Sequence record: OM135583.1
Source of the DNA: Escherichia phage EP01
DNA: 64,000 nucleotides
Strand: one strand, 5' to 3'
Shown here: positions 1 through 9,087 of the stretch, piece after piece
How positions within the stretch are numbered: position 1 is the stretch's first letter
How the letters are laid out: each line of letters opens with the position of its first letter
Notes under the pieces: model-generated
Seen by the model: only the letters and a program-made list of their open reading frames with translations
What the model was told of the DNA's origin: nothing
Database searches by the model: none
Made by a program: the position numbers and the translations under genes

Positions 1-964
1 GCGTTGAAAGCTGTTCAAATGAATGCGTACATTCAGAAACTTTATCTTTAATTTTAGAAACAACTTTATCACCAGAACTTAATTGTGACAAACAGGTTGG
101 ACATAATCCACCTTCGTGATACATATTAATGACTTTATTATACGAGTCAATTTTTGATTTAATTAAAAATGCTTCTTGACCGATTTTATTAAATGCATCA
201 GTCGGGTCTTCATCCAAAACAATATTAACTAATCTTTCATTAGCTTCTTCTATTTCCGATTTTAGCGTTCTAGCTTCTTTTGCCAAATCATCATACATAT
301 TCTGCAGACGAGTAAGGTTATCACCAGTTAATTTTTTCTGGCGTTCAACGTTATCATTATATATTTTAATTTGTTGGATAATACTATCTTTTTTAACATC
401 AAGCACTTGGTTTTGTGAATTTAATTCACGTATTAGTGCTTTATTAAGCTTATCCATTTCAGCTAATGTTCCTACCTCAAGCAGGTCTTCCACAAGCTTT
501 CTTCGCGCAGGGGTCGACAAACCCATGAAAGGGGTATACCCTGCTGTACCAAGGACAACAATCTGCTTGAAACTGGCATATGACATTCCGATAAGCTGTT
601 CAAATTCTGCTTGGAAATCTTTACTGCTGGCAGATTCATTAAGACGTGTACCGTTAACGGTGATTTCGAAAACGTTTGGTTTTTGTCCTCTTTTGATATA
701 GTACTTTTTCTCATCATATTCCATCCACAGTTCAACTAAAAGTTCTTTCTTATTTGTGCTGTTTATTAATTGACCTTTCTTTACATCACGGAATGGCTTG
801 CCAAAAAGCCCAAATGTGATGGCTTCTAACATAGTAGACTTACCACCGCCATTTCGTCCAGTAATAAGAGTTTTTTGAACCTTATCTAATTGAATGTCAA
901 CTCCATTTTGACCAACTGACATTATATTTTTATATTTTACTCTATTAAGTTTAAATGATTTCAT
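1..964 (-). CDS. 46: Recombination endonuclease subunit gp46 (Rad50/SbcC-like ATPase), N-terminal ~321 codons; continues beyond window start
   Basis: Minus-strand frame open from ATG at 964 to position 1 (absent from ORF track because no stop in window); begins MKSFKLNRVKYKNIMSVGQNGVDIQLDKVQKTLITGRNGGGKST (Walker A); adjacent to gp47 as in T4. Confidence 0.85.
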   Translation of the reverse strand, partial: MKSFKLNRVKYKNIMSVGQNGVDIQLDKVQKTLITGRNGGGKSTMLEAITFGLFGKPFRDVKKGQLINSTNKKELLVELWMEYDEKKYYIKRGQKPNVFEITVNGTRLNESASSKDFQAEFEQLIGMSYASFKQIVVLGTAGYTPFMGLSTPARRKLVEDLLEVGTLAEMDKLNKALIRELNSQNQVLDVKKDSIIQQIKIYNDNVERQKKLTGDNLTRLQNMYDDLAKEARTLKSEIEEANERLVNIVLDEDPTDAFNKIGQEAFLIKSKIDSYNKVINMYHEGGLCPTCLSQLSSGDKVVSKIKDKVSECTHSFEQLST

Positions 965-979
965 TTTGTATCCAATTGT

Positions 980-1834
980 TCACAATGAAGAAAATTCTTT
1001 AACTAAAGCCTGTAATGAAGCCTCTATTGGATATCCATTCTTAACTAACATTTTCCTAAACATCACATGTTTAGGACGATTATATGATATCCACAATTCA
1101 TACAATTTATCTTTATTATCCCAATGATAGCCTTTTCGTCTAGATGCTATATGAGCTTTTCTAATCTCCGGATTTTTCCAACTAGCAGCTACTGAATTTG
1201 ATATAGCTATTTTATATTCAGGTTTTGATAAAGCAGCACGAACAGCCTTTTGGTGTTTAATTTTATTTTCTTCGTTATTAAACCATTCCCTTGAAGCCAT
1301 TGAAATTTTTTGTTTTGTTTTAAAATTATTTAATCTTTCTTTGTTATCTTTCCTATTTTTTGCTACTGAAAAATATTTTAATGCCCTTTCTCTAGCAGCA
1401 TTTCTATTTTGCGGATTTGAATAATACTGTTGAAGCCTTTTTGATATTGTGTCACTTACATCTTGTTTTATAAAACTATATTCAGCAGCTATTAAATCAA
1501 CTTCGGCTAAAGATAAATTTTTATATGTTTTTCCTGACATCATTCTATTTAAAGCATTTAGCATTTTTCCATTTTTACCTTTTGCTAATAAGAAGTGTGC
1601 TTTAAAATGATTAAAATGACTTAAATTAACTAAATTCCATGTAGATTTTAAATATTCAGGAAATATTGATTTAGGAAGCACGTGGTGTGCTTCCGTTTTA
1701 CCTGGAGTTTTAACAGTTGAATTCATAGAAATAAAATTAATGTAAGACTTGGCGTCTTCTTCACTCAACGCTAATTTTTCAACTAATTCCTTTATTAAAA
1801 ATTCATCATTAATGTCAAGTTTAAAATTCTTCAC
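980..1834 (-). CDS. Free-standing HNH homing endonuclease (mob-like)
   Basis: 284 aa; EAHHVLPKS...N...H HNH-type motif; basic C-terminal region; inserted between genes 47 and 46. Confidence 0.75.
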   Translation of the reverse strand: MKNFKLDINDEFLIKELVEKLALSEEDAKSYINFISMNSTVKTPGKTEAHHVLPKSIFPEYLKSTWNLVNLSHFNHFKAHFLLAKGKNGKMLNALNRMMSGKTYKNLSLAEVDLIAAEYSFIKQDVSDTISKRLQQYYSNPQNRNAARERALKYFSVAKNRKDNKERLNNFKTKQKISMASREWFNNEENKIKHQKAVRAALSKPEYKIAISNSVAASWKNPEIRKAHIASRRKGYHWDNKDKLYELWISYNRPKHVMFRKMLVKNGYPIEASLQALVKEFSSL

Positions 1835-2094
1835 AAAAGATTCCTTTTAATGTATCTTTTAGACCATTCTATCATATCATCATAATCTAAAAAGTATTCA
1901 TCAAATTCAGCCATGCAAACAACACCTTGTGCTGCTTTTGATGTGATATAAATTATTCCAACATATCTAGAATCTTCTTCGGTGTAATCAATATTTGCTA
2001 TGAATTCATCGTTAATGTCAAATGTCGAAAACTTCACAGTATGCATCCTTAATACAAGATACAGCCATATCTTGTAATGATTTAGGTGTGTCAT
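1831..2094 (-). CDS. Hypothetical protein
   Basis: 87-aa ORF on coding strand; N-terminus VKFSTFDINDEF resembles N-terminus of adjacent HNH gene; start uncertain. Confidence 0.5.
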   Translation of the reverse strand: MTHLNHYKIWLYLVLRMHTVKFSTFDINDEFIANIDYTEEDSRYVGIIYITSKAAQGVVCMAEFDEYFLDYDDMIEWSKRYIKRNLL

Positions 2095-2281
2095 TATCTA
2101 AAATGTTGAAGTTAAAAGATACAGCCCAGTCAGTGCAGACCGTGACCTTTTTAATACAATTATCTTCAACCTCTAACGGTTCAAACCAATATTCAATAAT
2201 TTCTTTATGCCCAATATCATCTTTTACTTCACATTCAAAATGCTGACTCATCATAACATTTTTAAATTCATCAAAAGTCAT
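2018..2281 (-). CDS. Hypothetical protein
   Basis: 87-aa ORF immediately downstream of gp47, same strand. Confidence 0.55.
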   Translation of the reverse strand: MTFDEFKNVMMSQHFECEVKDDIGHKEIIEYWFEPLEVEDNCIKKVTVCTDWAVSFNFNILDNDTPKSLQDMAVSCIKDAYCEVFDI

Positions 2282-3297
2282 TGTGTTGCCTCTACATATA
2301 ACTGATTTGCATATTGAATAAGTGCTTCGCGATCAGAATCAGTGATGTCTGGAATTGCATTAATGTATTCTTCCATCAACGTCTGAAGAGATTGAACTTC
2401 AACTTCTTCGCTATCATCTGACTCGACAGAGTTATCAATCTTTGACACAACTCGTAATGAATGCACAACTTTTTCTAGTTCAGATTCGAACTTCGTCAGA
2501 TTTTTGTCTACCTCAGTTACTATAACACGTACTGATAGATTTGTAAAATCTTTATAGTCAATTTTTCCCTTAAATGGATATTGAATTCGACGATGCCAGG
2601 TAGTGTTGTTTGGAATAAATTCCATTCGTTCTGTTTCTGTATCAAACATCCAGAACCCGCGAGGGTCATTCTCGTCACCTGCAGTTAATGTCCATGGTGT
2701 CCCAATATATCTGACGTTAGCAGCCTCAGAGATAGTATGGAAGTGACCAGACCACACTTCTTTGTAAGTCTTAAGGAAATCAGGTTCAAGACCATGAGAT
2801 TTCATTCCTTTATAAAAATAGAATCCATTCAGTTCCCAGTGACCGACACAAAAAGAAGCAGATGAAGTTTTGATGTGTTCAAGAATTTCGCCAGTATTTT
2901 CTTCACACATCCAAGGAATTAAATCAATCAAACATCCGTCAAAATCTACTGTAGTAGGCTTATCATATACTTTAACATTAGGATATTTAGCCAAAAGCTC
3001 AGTAGAAGCATTTGGATGCATTACATTTTTATAGTGGAGATCGTGATTTCCTACAATAGTATGTAATGTGATTCCAGCGTCATCAAGCATTTGAACTATT
3101 TCACGTGCAAACTCCATAGTTTTATGCGTAATCGCTTTTCGCACATCAAAAATATCACCGTATTGAATCCATGTAGTAATTCCGTTTTTCTTAGAATATT
3201 CTATCGCTTGCTTAATTCCGTCAAGTTGAATACCGCGAATCCATTCATCGTCAGCTTTAACGCCTAAATGCCAATCACCTAAATTTAAAATTTTCAT
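2278..3297 (-). CDS. 47: Recombination endonuclease subunit gp47 (Mre11-like metallophosphatase)
   Basis: 339 aa (same length as T4 gp47); N-terminal GDWHLG phosphoesterase motif, GNHD motif. Confidence 0.93.
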   Translation of the reverse strand: MKILNLGDWHLGVKADDEWIRGIQLDGIKQAIEYSKKNGITTWIQYGDIFDVRKAITHKTMEFAREIVQMLDDAGITLHTIVGNHDLHYKNVMHPNASTELLAKYPNVKVYDKPTTVDFDGCLIDLIPWMCEENTGEILEHIKTSSASFCVGHWELNGFYFYKGMKSHGLEPDFLKTYKEVWSGHFHTISEAANVRYIGTPWTLTAGDENDPRGFWMFDTETERMEFIPNNTTWHRRIQYPFKGKIDYKDFTNLSVRVIVTEVDKNLTKFESELEKVVHSLRVVSKIDNSVESDDSEEVEVQSLQTLMEEYINAIPDITDSDREALIQYANQLYVEATQ

Positions 3298-3473
3298 ATA
3301 TCAAGAACCGTCATTGAAATGCAAAATAAAATTATTGAAATAAATCCATCTGGAGTACTAAAGAACCCAATCCAACATGCTCTAGTGAATAGATAAAATG
3401 CAAGAAAAAGTATCACATATCCAAGAAATATCATTATATCAAACTCCGTATAAAGCTAAAGGGCCGAAGCCCT

Positions 3474-4676
3474 TTATTTTGTAATAATGTCAAACTGTTC
3501 TTTAAAGCAGAAGCTTGAATCTTGATGCTGATACAGAAATTCATAAGCTTTTTCACGTTCACGGTCATAAAGAGCTCGATCAGATGACAGTTCTTTAATA
3601 CGTTCAAATGTTGATTCCATGTCATTTTCATCAAACCAAACGATACCGCTATCATGAGAAATTAACGGAGTATTATCAACACGGAATTTTAAATTTTCAC
3701 CAGTAGATTTCCAAAATACTGGAATTGTTCCGCATGCACCAAGCTCGAGATGAGTGTATTCTAAAGAACGTTGTAGATATTTTTTATCTAATTTACTCAG
3801 CTGATAACCAAATCCGGATTTACTCATACGTTCAAGCATTTCGCTATTTACATAACGATCGAGAATTTGCGTTGGCAAATTAGGAGCAATTTTAATTTGG
3901 TCTACTTGATGAAGACGATAATACTCATATGGAATTCCTTTTTCTTTAATAGGAATGAATGCTGGAGAACGTTCCAGACCTTCCATAATAGTACTTAGTC
4001 CTGCAGGTTTAAGATGTTTTTCGTGAAAATCAAACATCTGGTAAAAACCTTTCCATGTAGTCGTACGACCAATCCAACGGTTGATATTCATGTTAATTTC
4101 AGAAACATCTTTCCAGTAGGTTGATCGAACCTTCGCAATATCCATAGGAGGCTGAAAGTTATATACGGTCGGTGCTTCTTCAATATCATCAAACAAAGAA
4201 ACAGTTTCCGGATACCATTCTTTCATTAAAACTTTATTAAAATCGCCATTATCAGAATGACTAAAAATAACATCAGCTCGACGAACAGTTTCTTCTAATC
4301 CCAAATTTCGGCGTAAAGAAAGAGAAGAATGGTCATGCTGATAAACTACAACACGAACCGAAGGTTTAATATTATCAATAATTTTTTTATAGTTATTAAT
4401 TGTGTCTTCTTCGACTGAAGTAGCAGGAACTGAATTGATAATTAGAATATCACAATCATTTACCAGCTTAAGTGTTTTATCGTATTCTTTTGCCAATAAA
4501 ACCGGAATTGAAAATGATTTATAATCATGCGCGCAATTACGAGTAAATGATTTATCTTTAGCATAAACCAAAGTTACTTCATGACCATTTTTAATAAACC
4601 AATCACGTTGCTCAAGAGAAAATTTAGTTACACCGCAACCTTCAAGACCTCGAGCCATAAAAATACATACTTTCAT
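3474..4676 (-). CDS. a-gt: DNA alpha-glucosyltransferase
   Basis: 400 aa (T4 a-gt length), position between 47 and 55 as in T4. Confidence 0.85.
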   Translation of the reverse strand: MKVCIFMARGLEGCGVTKFSLEQRDWFIKNGHEVTLVYAKDKSFTRNCAHDYKSFSIPVLLAKEYDKTLKLVNDCDILIINSVPATSVEEDTINNYKKIIDNIKPSVRVVVYQHDHSSLSLRRNLGLEETVRRADVIFSHSDNGDFNKVLMKEWYPETVSLFDDIEEAPTVYNFQPPMDIAKVRSTYWKDVSEINMNINRWIGRTTTWKGFYQMFDFHEKHLKPAGLSTIMEGLERSPAFIPIKEKGIPYEYYRLHQVDQIKIAPNLPTQILDRYVNSEMLERMSKSGFGYQLSKLDKKYLQRSLEYTHLELGACGTIPVFWKSTGENLKFRVDNTPLISHDSGIVWFDENDMESTFERIKELSSDRALYDREREKAYEFLYQHQDSSFCFKEQFDIITK

Positions 4677-4919
4677 TTAATATCCTCATTGTTTTGGTTT
4701 ATTTTACCAAAAATTTATAAAGCAATATAGGAGCCGAGGCTCCTATCCACATAATACACCATACAGAGGCTCATTAGAGCTTCTAAATTTTATGCGCTTA
4801 TACGTTATAGTTCCTTCTGCTTTAGCTTTATCGTGAGCCTCTTTAAAGCGCCTCATCATTTCTACTTTAGAGGAACGAATTTTATTATAATCTATTTCAG
4901 AAGTCTGGGTGTTCATCTT

Positions 4920-5126
4920 TCACAGTTGCCACCATTTTTTGACTTGATAGGAATCAACCCACACTTTCATATTAGGGTCTGCTCTTACAATAGGAGGATT
5001 AACTTCTTTAATTGAACTATCATGGTATTCTTTTTCAGAAATTTTCACACAAAGATGGCCGTTCAAAGATTCAGTAAATCCTGCATTAATTTTAAGACGC
5101 TTGAATTTTACGTGTGTAAGCATCAA
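4920..5126 (-). CDS. Hypothetical protein
   Basis: 68-aa ORF on coding strand between a-gt and gene 55 region. Confidence 0.45.
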   Translation of the reverse strand: MMLTHVKFKRLKINAGFTESLNGHLCVKISEKEYHDSSIKEVNPPIVRADPNMKVWVDSYQVKKWWQL

Positions 5127-5409
5127 TCATATCCTCAATCTGTGATCTAGTAGTCTTCCAAAGAATACTAATGAGTTCATCGTTATATGGCTGTTTTAGA
5201 ATATCCCGACTTTTCTTGATAGCATATTCGTATTGAGCAAAATTATTGTTTTCAGCTGCAATTTGAGCGTGTTTATAAAGACGGTTCAGTTCGCGTTTAT
5301 TTTTAGACAATAACTTATTTGCTTTTCTTTCTGCTTCAAGACGGTTCTTTTCTTCAATAGAAGAAATAAGCTTTTCCACTTCATCATTAATTTCGGGTTT
5401 ATCAGTCAT
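5092..5409 (-). CDS. Hypothetical protein (coiled-coil)
   Basis: 105-aa ORF, charged helical sequence. Confidence 0.6.
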   Translation of the reverse strand: MTDKPEINDEVEKLISSIEEKNRLEAERKANKLLSKNKRELNRLYKHAQIAAENNNFAQYEYAIKKSRDILKQPYNDELISILWKTTRSQIEDMIDAYTRKIQAS

Positions 5410-5410
5410 A

Positions 5411-5629
5411 TTATTTCTCTAATATAAAATAAAAATCATCATCTGTTAAATGATACCGATAGTTTAATTCTACACCATTAGATTTAAAAGCGGTATCATA
5501 CGGATTTTCTGGATCAATATCAATGTCAAGAGCTAAAACTTCCCTGAGATACATTTTAAGTAAATAGGGAATAGCTTCAACTTCAGGTATTTCTTCCAAG
5601 AATCCGGAGAGGTTAATCGTTAGCCTCAT
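5411..5629 (-). CDS. Hypothetical protein
   Basis: 72-aa ORF directly downstream of gene 55. Confidence 0.6.
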
Positions 5630-6170
5630 ATAAAAAATCCAAACTAGGAGAATCGTCTACAACACTTTTCTTTTCAGCCCCTGGTGTTCTATAGGTTGAT
5701 TCTTCGTAATGCGTCATTTTATCGTAGATGTCTTGAATAAAAGTTTCATCTACTAACGCAACCATATCGTCGTCACGACTGTCATAGACATTGTGAACGA
5801 AGTAACTATATTTCTTTGCAACTTCCTTACGTTCTTTTTTAATACGTTGGACGAATGCATTAAAACAAGCTTGAGTTATATATGCATGTGGGTTTTTATA
5901 TTTCGTTTCATCAAAATTATGAAGCCCCTTAATAGAAGCTTCTATACCATCTGCAATCATTTCTTGTTTCCAGGATTGGGTGTATCCTGAAAAGTTGAAA
6001 CGTTTAGATAAGCCTTCTGCAATAAGCATAATGGCTAATCCGATAGTATCATTCTGACGAACTACTTTATTTGGGTCTTTATTATTTGCTAATTCTGTTT
6101 TCCAATCAATAATAGCTTGTAAAAGCTCTTTATTGTTTACGTAATTATATTTAGGCTTAGTTTCTGACAT
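5613..6170 (-). CDS. 55: Late-transcription sigma factor gp55
   Basis: ATG at 6170 preceded by GAGGTG SD gives 185 aa (T4 gp55 length); track start at 6176 is GTG; [21 protein letters not shown]. Confidence 0.9.
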
Positions 6171-6252
6171 TTTCACCTCTTAGCTCAATTCATAGATCTA
6201 TTATATCATAATATTTGAAGATCTATCTTAAAGCATAGAGGATGAATCAATT

Positions 6253-6474
6253 TCACGCATTCATTAAGTTAGCCGCTTCAAGAGCTGCATCTAGTGAATC
6301 AAATTGGTCAACGTATTCAATCAATTCGCCGTAATTAGCATATAACCACCATTGGCTAAATTCATACTCAAGGATAAATCCGTTTCCTTCAATTTGAGTT
6401 AAACCAATGCCATTTGTATTTACTTCATATCCGGCAAGACGCAAATCGTTAATAAGAGCTTCATTCATATTCAT
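6253..6474 (-). CDS. Hypothetical protein
   Basis: 73-aa ORF, ATGA overlap with upstream gene. Confidence 0.6.
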   Translation of the reverse strand: MNMNEALINDLRLAGYEVNTNGIGLTQIEGNGFILEYEFSQWWLYANYGELIEYVDQFDSLDAALEAANLMNA

Positions 6475-6797
6475 ACCTTAGTAATTTTCAGATCAGCAAA
6501 TTTTTTCTTGCGTTGATTTTTCATACGACGAATAGTTTTATCGGAAATTTCATGTTTTTGATAAGCTTTAGATTCTACACCAAAAGCTTTAACATCAAAT
6601 TCTGACAGGATATATTGAACCAACAATTCACGGACAGTATTTCGTCCAATCTTCTGATCATTCTGTTTCATCGTCTGATGAAGCTCTTTTTCCCATTTAT
6701 CCAAAATTTGAGGAGTTACAATATCGCCTTTTTCTAGCAGAGAAACTACTTTATCATATGCATAAGAATTGATGGCGTTTTTAATTTGAATAGTCAT
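6471..6797 (-). CDS. Hypothetical protein
   Basis: 108-aa ORF on coding strand. Confidence 0.6.
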   Translation of the reverse strand: MTIQIKNAINSYAYDKVVSLLEKGDIVTPQILDKWEKELHQTMKQNDQKIGRNTVRELLVQYILSEFDVKAFGVESKAYQKHEISDKTIRRMKNQRKKKFADLKITKV

Positions 6798-6832
6798 ACA
6801 TTATCCTCAATTGCGTTAAAATTTTATTATCC

Positions 6833-6850
6833 AAAAAGGGCCGAAGCCCT
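6833..6850 (-). terminator. Hairpin terminator
   Basis: Minus strand AGGGC-TTCG-GCCCT followed by TTTTT. Confidence 0.5.
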
Positions 6851-7053
6851 TAGCTAAACTGTTTGGCACCTTTCCAGCCTTCATACATCATTGCAGCTGA
6901 TATTAATATTGCTCCTGAGCAACTTGAATATTTGTGATTCCAAAACCAGTTTAGAAAAACTTCGTCATCAATACCCTGGGCTATCATATTTTCAAAGAAC
7001 TGACGACGAGCTTCGGCAATTCGTTGCGATAATTTAGATTCAGGATTCATATT
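6850..7053 (-). CDS. Hypothetical protein
   Basis: Track ORF 6850..7134 trimmed to internal Met (MNPESKL) to avoid overlap with upstream gene. Confidence 0.5.
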   Translation of the reverse strand, partial: NMNPESKLSQRIAEARRQFFENMIAQGIDDEVFLNWFWNHKYSSCSGAILISAAMMYEGWKGAKQFS

Positions 7054-7057
7054 TTCC

Positions 7058-7351
7058 TCAGCTATAACGATAGCACTCGTTTGATTTGCGCTTAGCAACT
7101 CGTTGAGAAGTATTGTAATCAAAATCGTCATCAATGTAAACTGATTTTTTCAACTTTCTTACTTCACTACGCAATTGACGATTTAGCTCATCTTTAACTT
7201 CTGAATCAATGCCTTTCATTCTACGCCATTTATCAGAGCGAAAAATGTTTTCAACCATATCTTTATGACTTACACCATCAGGAGCTTTACGCTTTCCGAA
7301 ATAGTCATAATCACGTACTTTTAAATCTTTACGACGATACGTTTTACCCAT
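7058..7351 (-). CDS. Hypothetical basic protein
   Basis: Track ORF 7058..7396 trimmed to internal Met (MGKTYRRK); lysine/arginine rich. Confidence 0.5.
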   Translation of the reverse strand: MGKTYRRKDLKVRDYDYFGKRKAPDGVSHKDMVENIFRSDKWRRMKGIDSEVKDELNRQLRSEVRKLKKSVYIDDDFDYNTSQRVAKRKSNECYRYS

Positions 7352-7520
7352 GGAGTTTAATTTCCTTAGCAACTGAACTAAATACAGCACGGTCACAAAT
7401 CATGTGTTTGTTCCATTTAAGTACAGTATAATGAACATCTAGATCATCTACTGCTGTAACAATAACAATATGTCCGTTAACACGATAATACTGGTCCCTT
7501 TTAATCTCTTTATCAACCAT
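7344..7520 (-). CDS. Hypothetical small protein (58 aa, below track threshold)
   Basis: ATG at 7520 about 30 nt downstream of an early-promoter -10; MVDKEIKRDQYYRV... Confidence 0.4.
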   Translation of the reverse strand: MVDKEIKRDQYYRVNGHIVIVTAVDDLDVHYTVLKWNKHMICDRAVFSSVAKEIKLHG

Positions 7521-7548
7521 ATCAAATCCTCAAAGGCAATTCATATGT

Positions 7549-7581
7549 TAATAATACCACAGTTTGAACTTCTTGTAAACA
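7549..7581 (-). promoter_or_regulatory. T4-type early promoter
   Basis: Minus strand GTTTAC (7580-7575), 18 bp, TATTAT (7556-7551); precedes 58-aa ORF. Confidence 0.55.
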
Positions 7582-7652
7582 ACTTTGTGAAAATTATTTT
7601 AGGGAATGATAAGAAGTGAATGATAGTTAGAATGGTAATATACAGAATGTGA

Positions 7653-7674
7653 GAAAGAAAGGCCCAGAGGGCCC
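7653..7674 (-). terminator. Hairpin terminator downstream of nrdH
   Basis: Minus strand GGCCC-TCT-GGGCC followed by T-rich tract. Confidence 0.45.
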
Positions 7675-7677
7675 GTC

Positions 7678-8001
7678 TTAGTCTTCTATGATATCTCTAT
7701 CATATCCAAGTGAAATGAGAGTTTCTTTGAAGTGTTTAATGTTCTTTTGTCTAGAATCATTGATGAAAATGACTGGATAACGAATGTTAAGAGATGTGAA
7801 TCCAGCGCGTTTAGCAAGAGATACAATCAGTGGACGATCATACTCAATCTTACCATTATTTGTAAGAACTTTATAGAAAGTAAAAGGAGCATTGAGCTCC
7901 TTTAGAAGTTTTGTAACTGATTGACATCCAGGACAACGACCTACTTCATCTGGAATTCCATAGACTTCAATCTTATTCTTTAAGTTCGAGTTTTGTTCCA
8001 C
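7678..8001 (-). CDS. nrdH: Glutaredoxin-like protein NrdH
   Basis: CPGCQ redox motif in KIEVYGIPDEVGRCPGCQSV; start uncertain (in-frame GTG at 8001; longer track ORF overlaps upstream gene). Confidence 0.7.
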   Translation of the reverse strand: MEQNSNLKNKIEVYGIPDEVGRCPGCQSVTKLLKELNAPFTFYKVLTNNGKIEYDRPLIVSLAKRAGFTSLNIRYPVIFINDSRQKNIKHFKETLISLGYDRDIIED

Positions 8002-8284
8002 GAGAAATAATTCCTTGATAAGCCCAGTATGGCGGGTTAACAGAATCATCGCCAGAATTTTCTTCAGGAAAATAAACCTGGATAACAAATCCAGATGCAT
8101 CAAAGGTAAAATAAACCGTAGGTAATTCACCTAACAATTCAGCGCGGTTATTAATTTCTTCAAGTTCTCGTTCTCGTCCAGCCCAAAAACTAGGATTTAG
8201 ACTACATTCATAGAAATAATAGTCATTACCGAACATATCAAAACCCTTCCAACTCTCTACCACATACCGCTCAAAACTAATCAT
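7973..8284 (-). CDS. Hypothetical protein
   Basis: 103-aa ORF on coding strand. Confidence 0.6.
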   Translation of the reverse strand: MISFERYVVESWKGFDMFGNDYYFYECSLNPSFWAGRERELEEINNRAELLGELPTVYFTFDASGFVIQVYFPEENSGDDSVNPPYWAYQGIISRGTKLELKE

Positions 8285-8286
8285 AA

Positions 8287-8526
8287 TTAAGCCTTTTTAT
8301 CAAGAACAGCATTCAGTTTGTTAGTAATTTTATCCAGACGCTCATTGAACTCGCTAGAAGATAGTCCTTTTTCTGGAGAAATTAAGCTAATCACGAAAAA
8401 TATAGCAATAAAAGGAATAAGAAAAATAGCACCAACTGCCATAAACAAAAAGAACGTTACAGTTGTAAGAAAATCAGCTAAACCTTTACGAAATTTATAC
8501 ATATTTACCCTTAATTGATTAACCAA
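8287..8526 (-). CDS. Small membrane protein
   Basis: 79 aa with a long hydrophobic segment TTVTFFLFMAVGAIFLIPFIAIFFVISLI. Confidence 0.6.
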   Translation of the reverse strand: MVNQLRVNMYKFRKGLADFLTTVTFFLFMAVGAIFLIPFIAIFFVISLISPEKGLSSSEFNERLDKITNKLNAVLDKKA

Positions 8527-8616
8527 GCATTGATAAGTACTAAACTATACTGCGAATAAAATTCTGGACCAAAATGAAAAATCATATCATTTATAGTATC
8601 AATAATATAATTCAGT

Positions 8617-9087
8617 TTAATCATGTTTCCACACCCCATCGGTATTTGACCAAAGTCGCTGATTATCTGAACCTCGCCACAGCTTTTTGGTCGGAAGATT
8701 TTTCTCATACTTCCCATCAATAATAACATCAACATATTTAAGCATTTCTAGTTGTTTAATATCTTCAAATTTATATCCTGTCCACAACCAAATGCTTTTA
8801 TTTGGATAAAGATTTTTTACCGTTTGAACAATGCAATGAACAGCATCTCGGTTATCAGGATAAAGAGGGTCACCTCCAGTTATAGTTAATCCTTCTATAT
8901 AATCATTATTCAAACATTCAATTAATTGTTCTAGTGTTTCACCAGTGAATGGAACGCCATTTCTAGCATTCCATGTTGATTTATTATAACACCCTTCACA
9001 TTTATGCAAACACCCCGTAACGAAAAGAACGACCCTGCATCCAGGGCCATTCACAAAATCGCAGGGATAAAATCTATCGTAATTCAT
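8617..9087 (-). CDS. nrdG: Anaerobic ribonucleotide reductase activating protein (radical SAM)
   Basis: 156 aa; CLHKCEGCYNK cysteine cluster; directly downstream of nrdD. Confidence 0.92.
   Translation of the reverse strand: MNYDRFYPCDFVNGPGCRVVLFVTGCLHKCEGCYNKSTWNARNGVPFTGETLEQLIECLNNDYIEGLTITGGDPLYPDNRDAVHCIVQTVKNLYPNKSIWLWTGYKFEDIKQLEMLKYVDVIIDGKYEKNLPTKKLWRGSDNQRLWSNTDGVWKHD

Noticed and set aside
472-735. 87-aa minus-strand ORF in the track
   Set aside because: Lies in an alternative frame inside gene 46, whose true frame is open across the whole interval 1-964.
3434-3655. 73-aa minus-strand ORF
   Set aside because: Overlaps the 3' part of a-gt in another frame; a-gt at full T4 length explains the region.
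7678-8130. Full 150-aa track ORF as the nrdH gene
   Set aside because: The N-terminal ~45 codons overlap the upstream gene by 158 bp and are hydrophobic and unlike glutaredoxins; a start near 8001 gives a typical ~100-aa NrdH, although the exact start remains uncertain.
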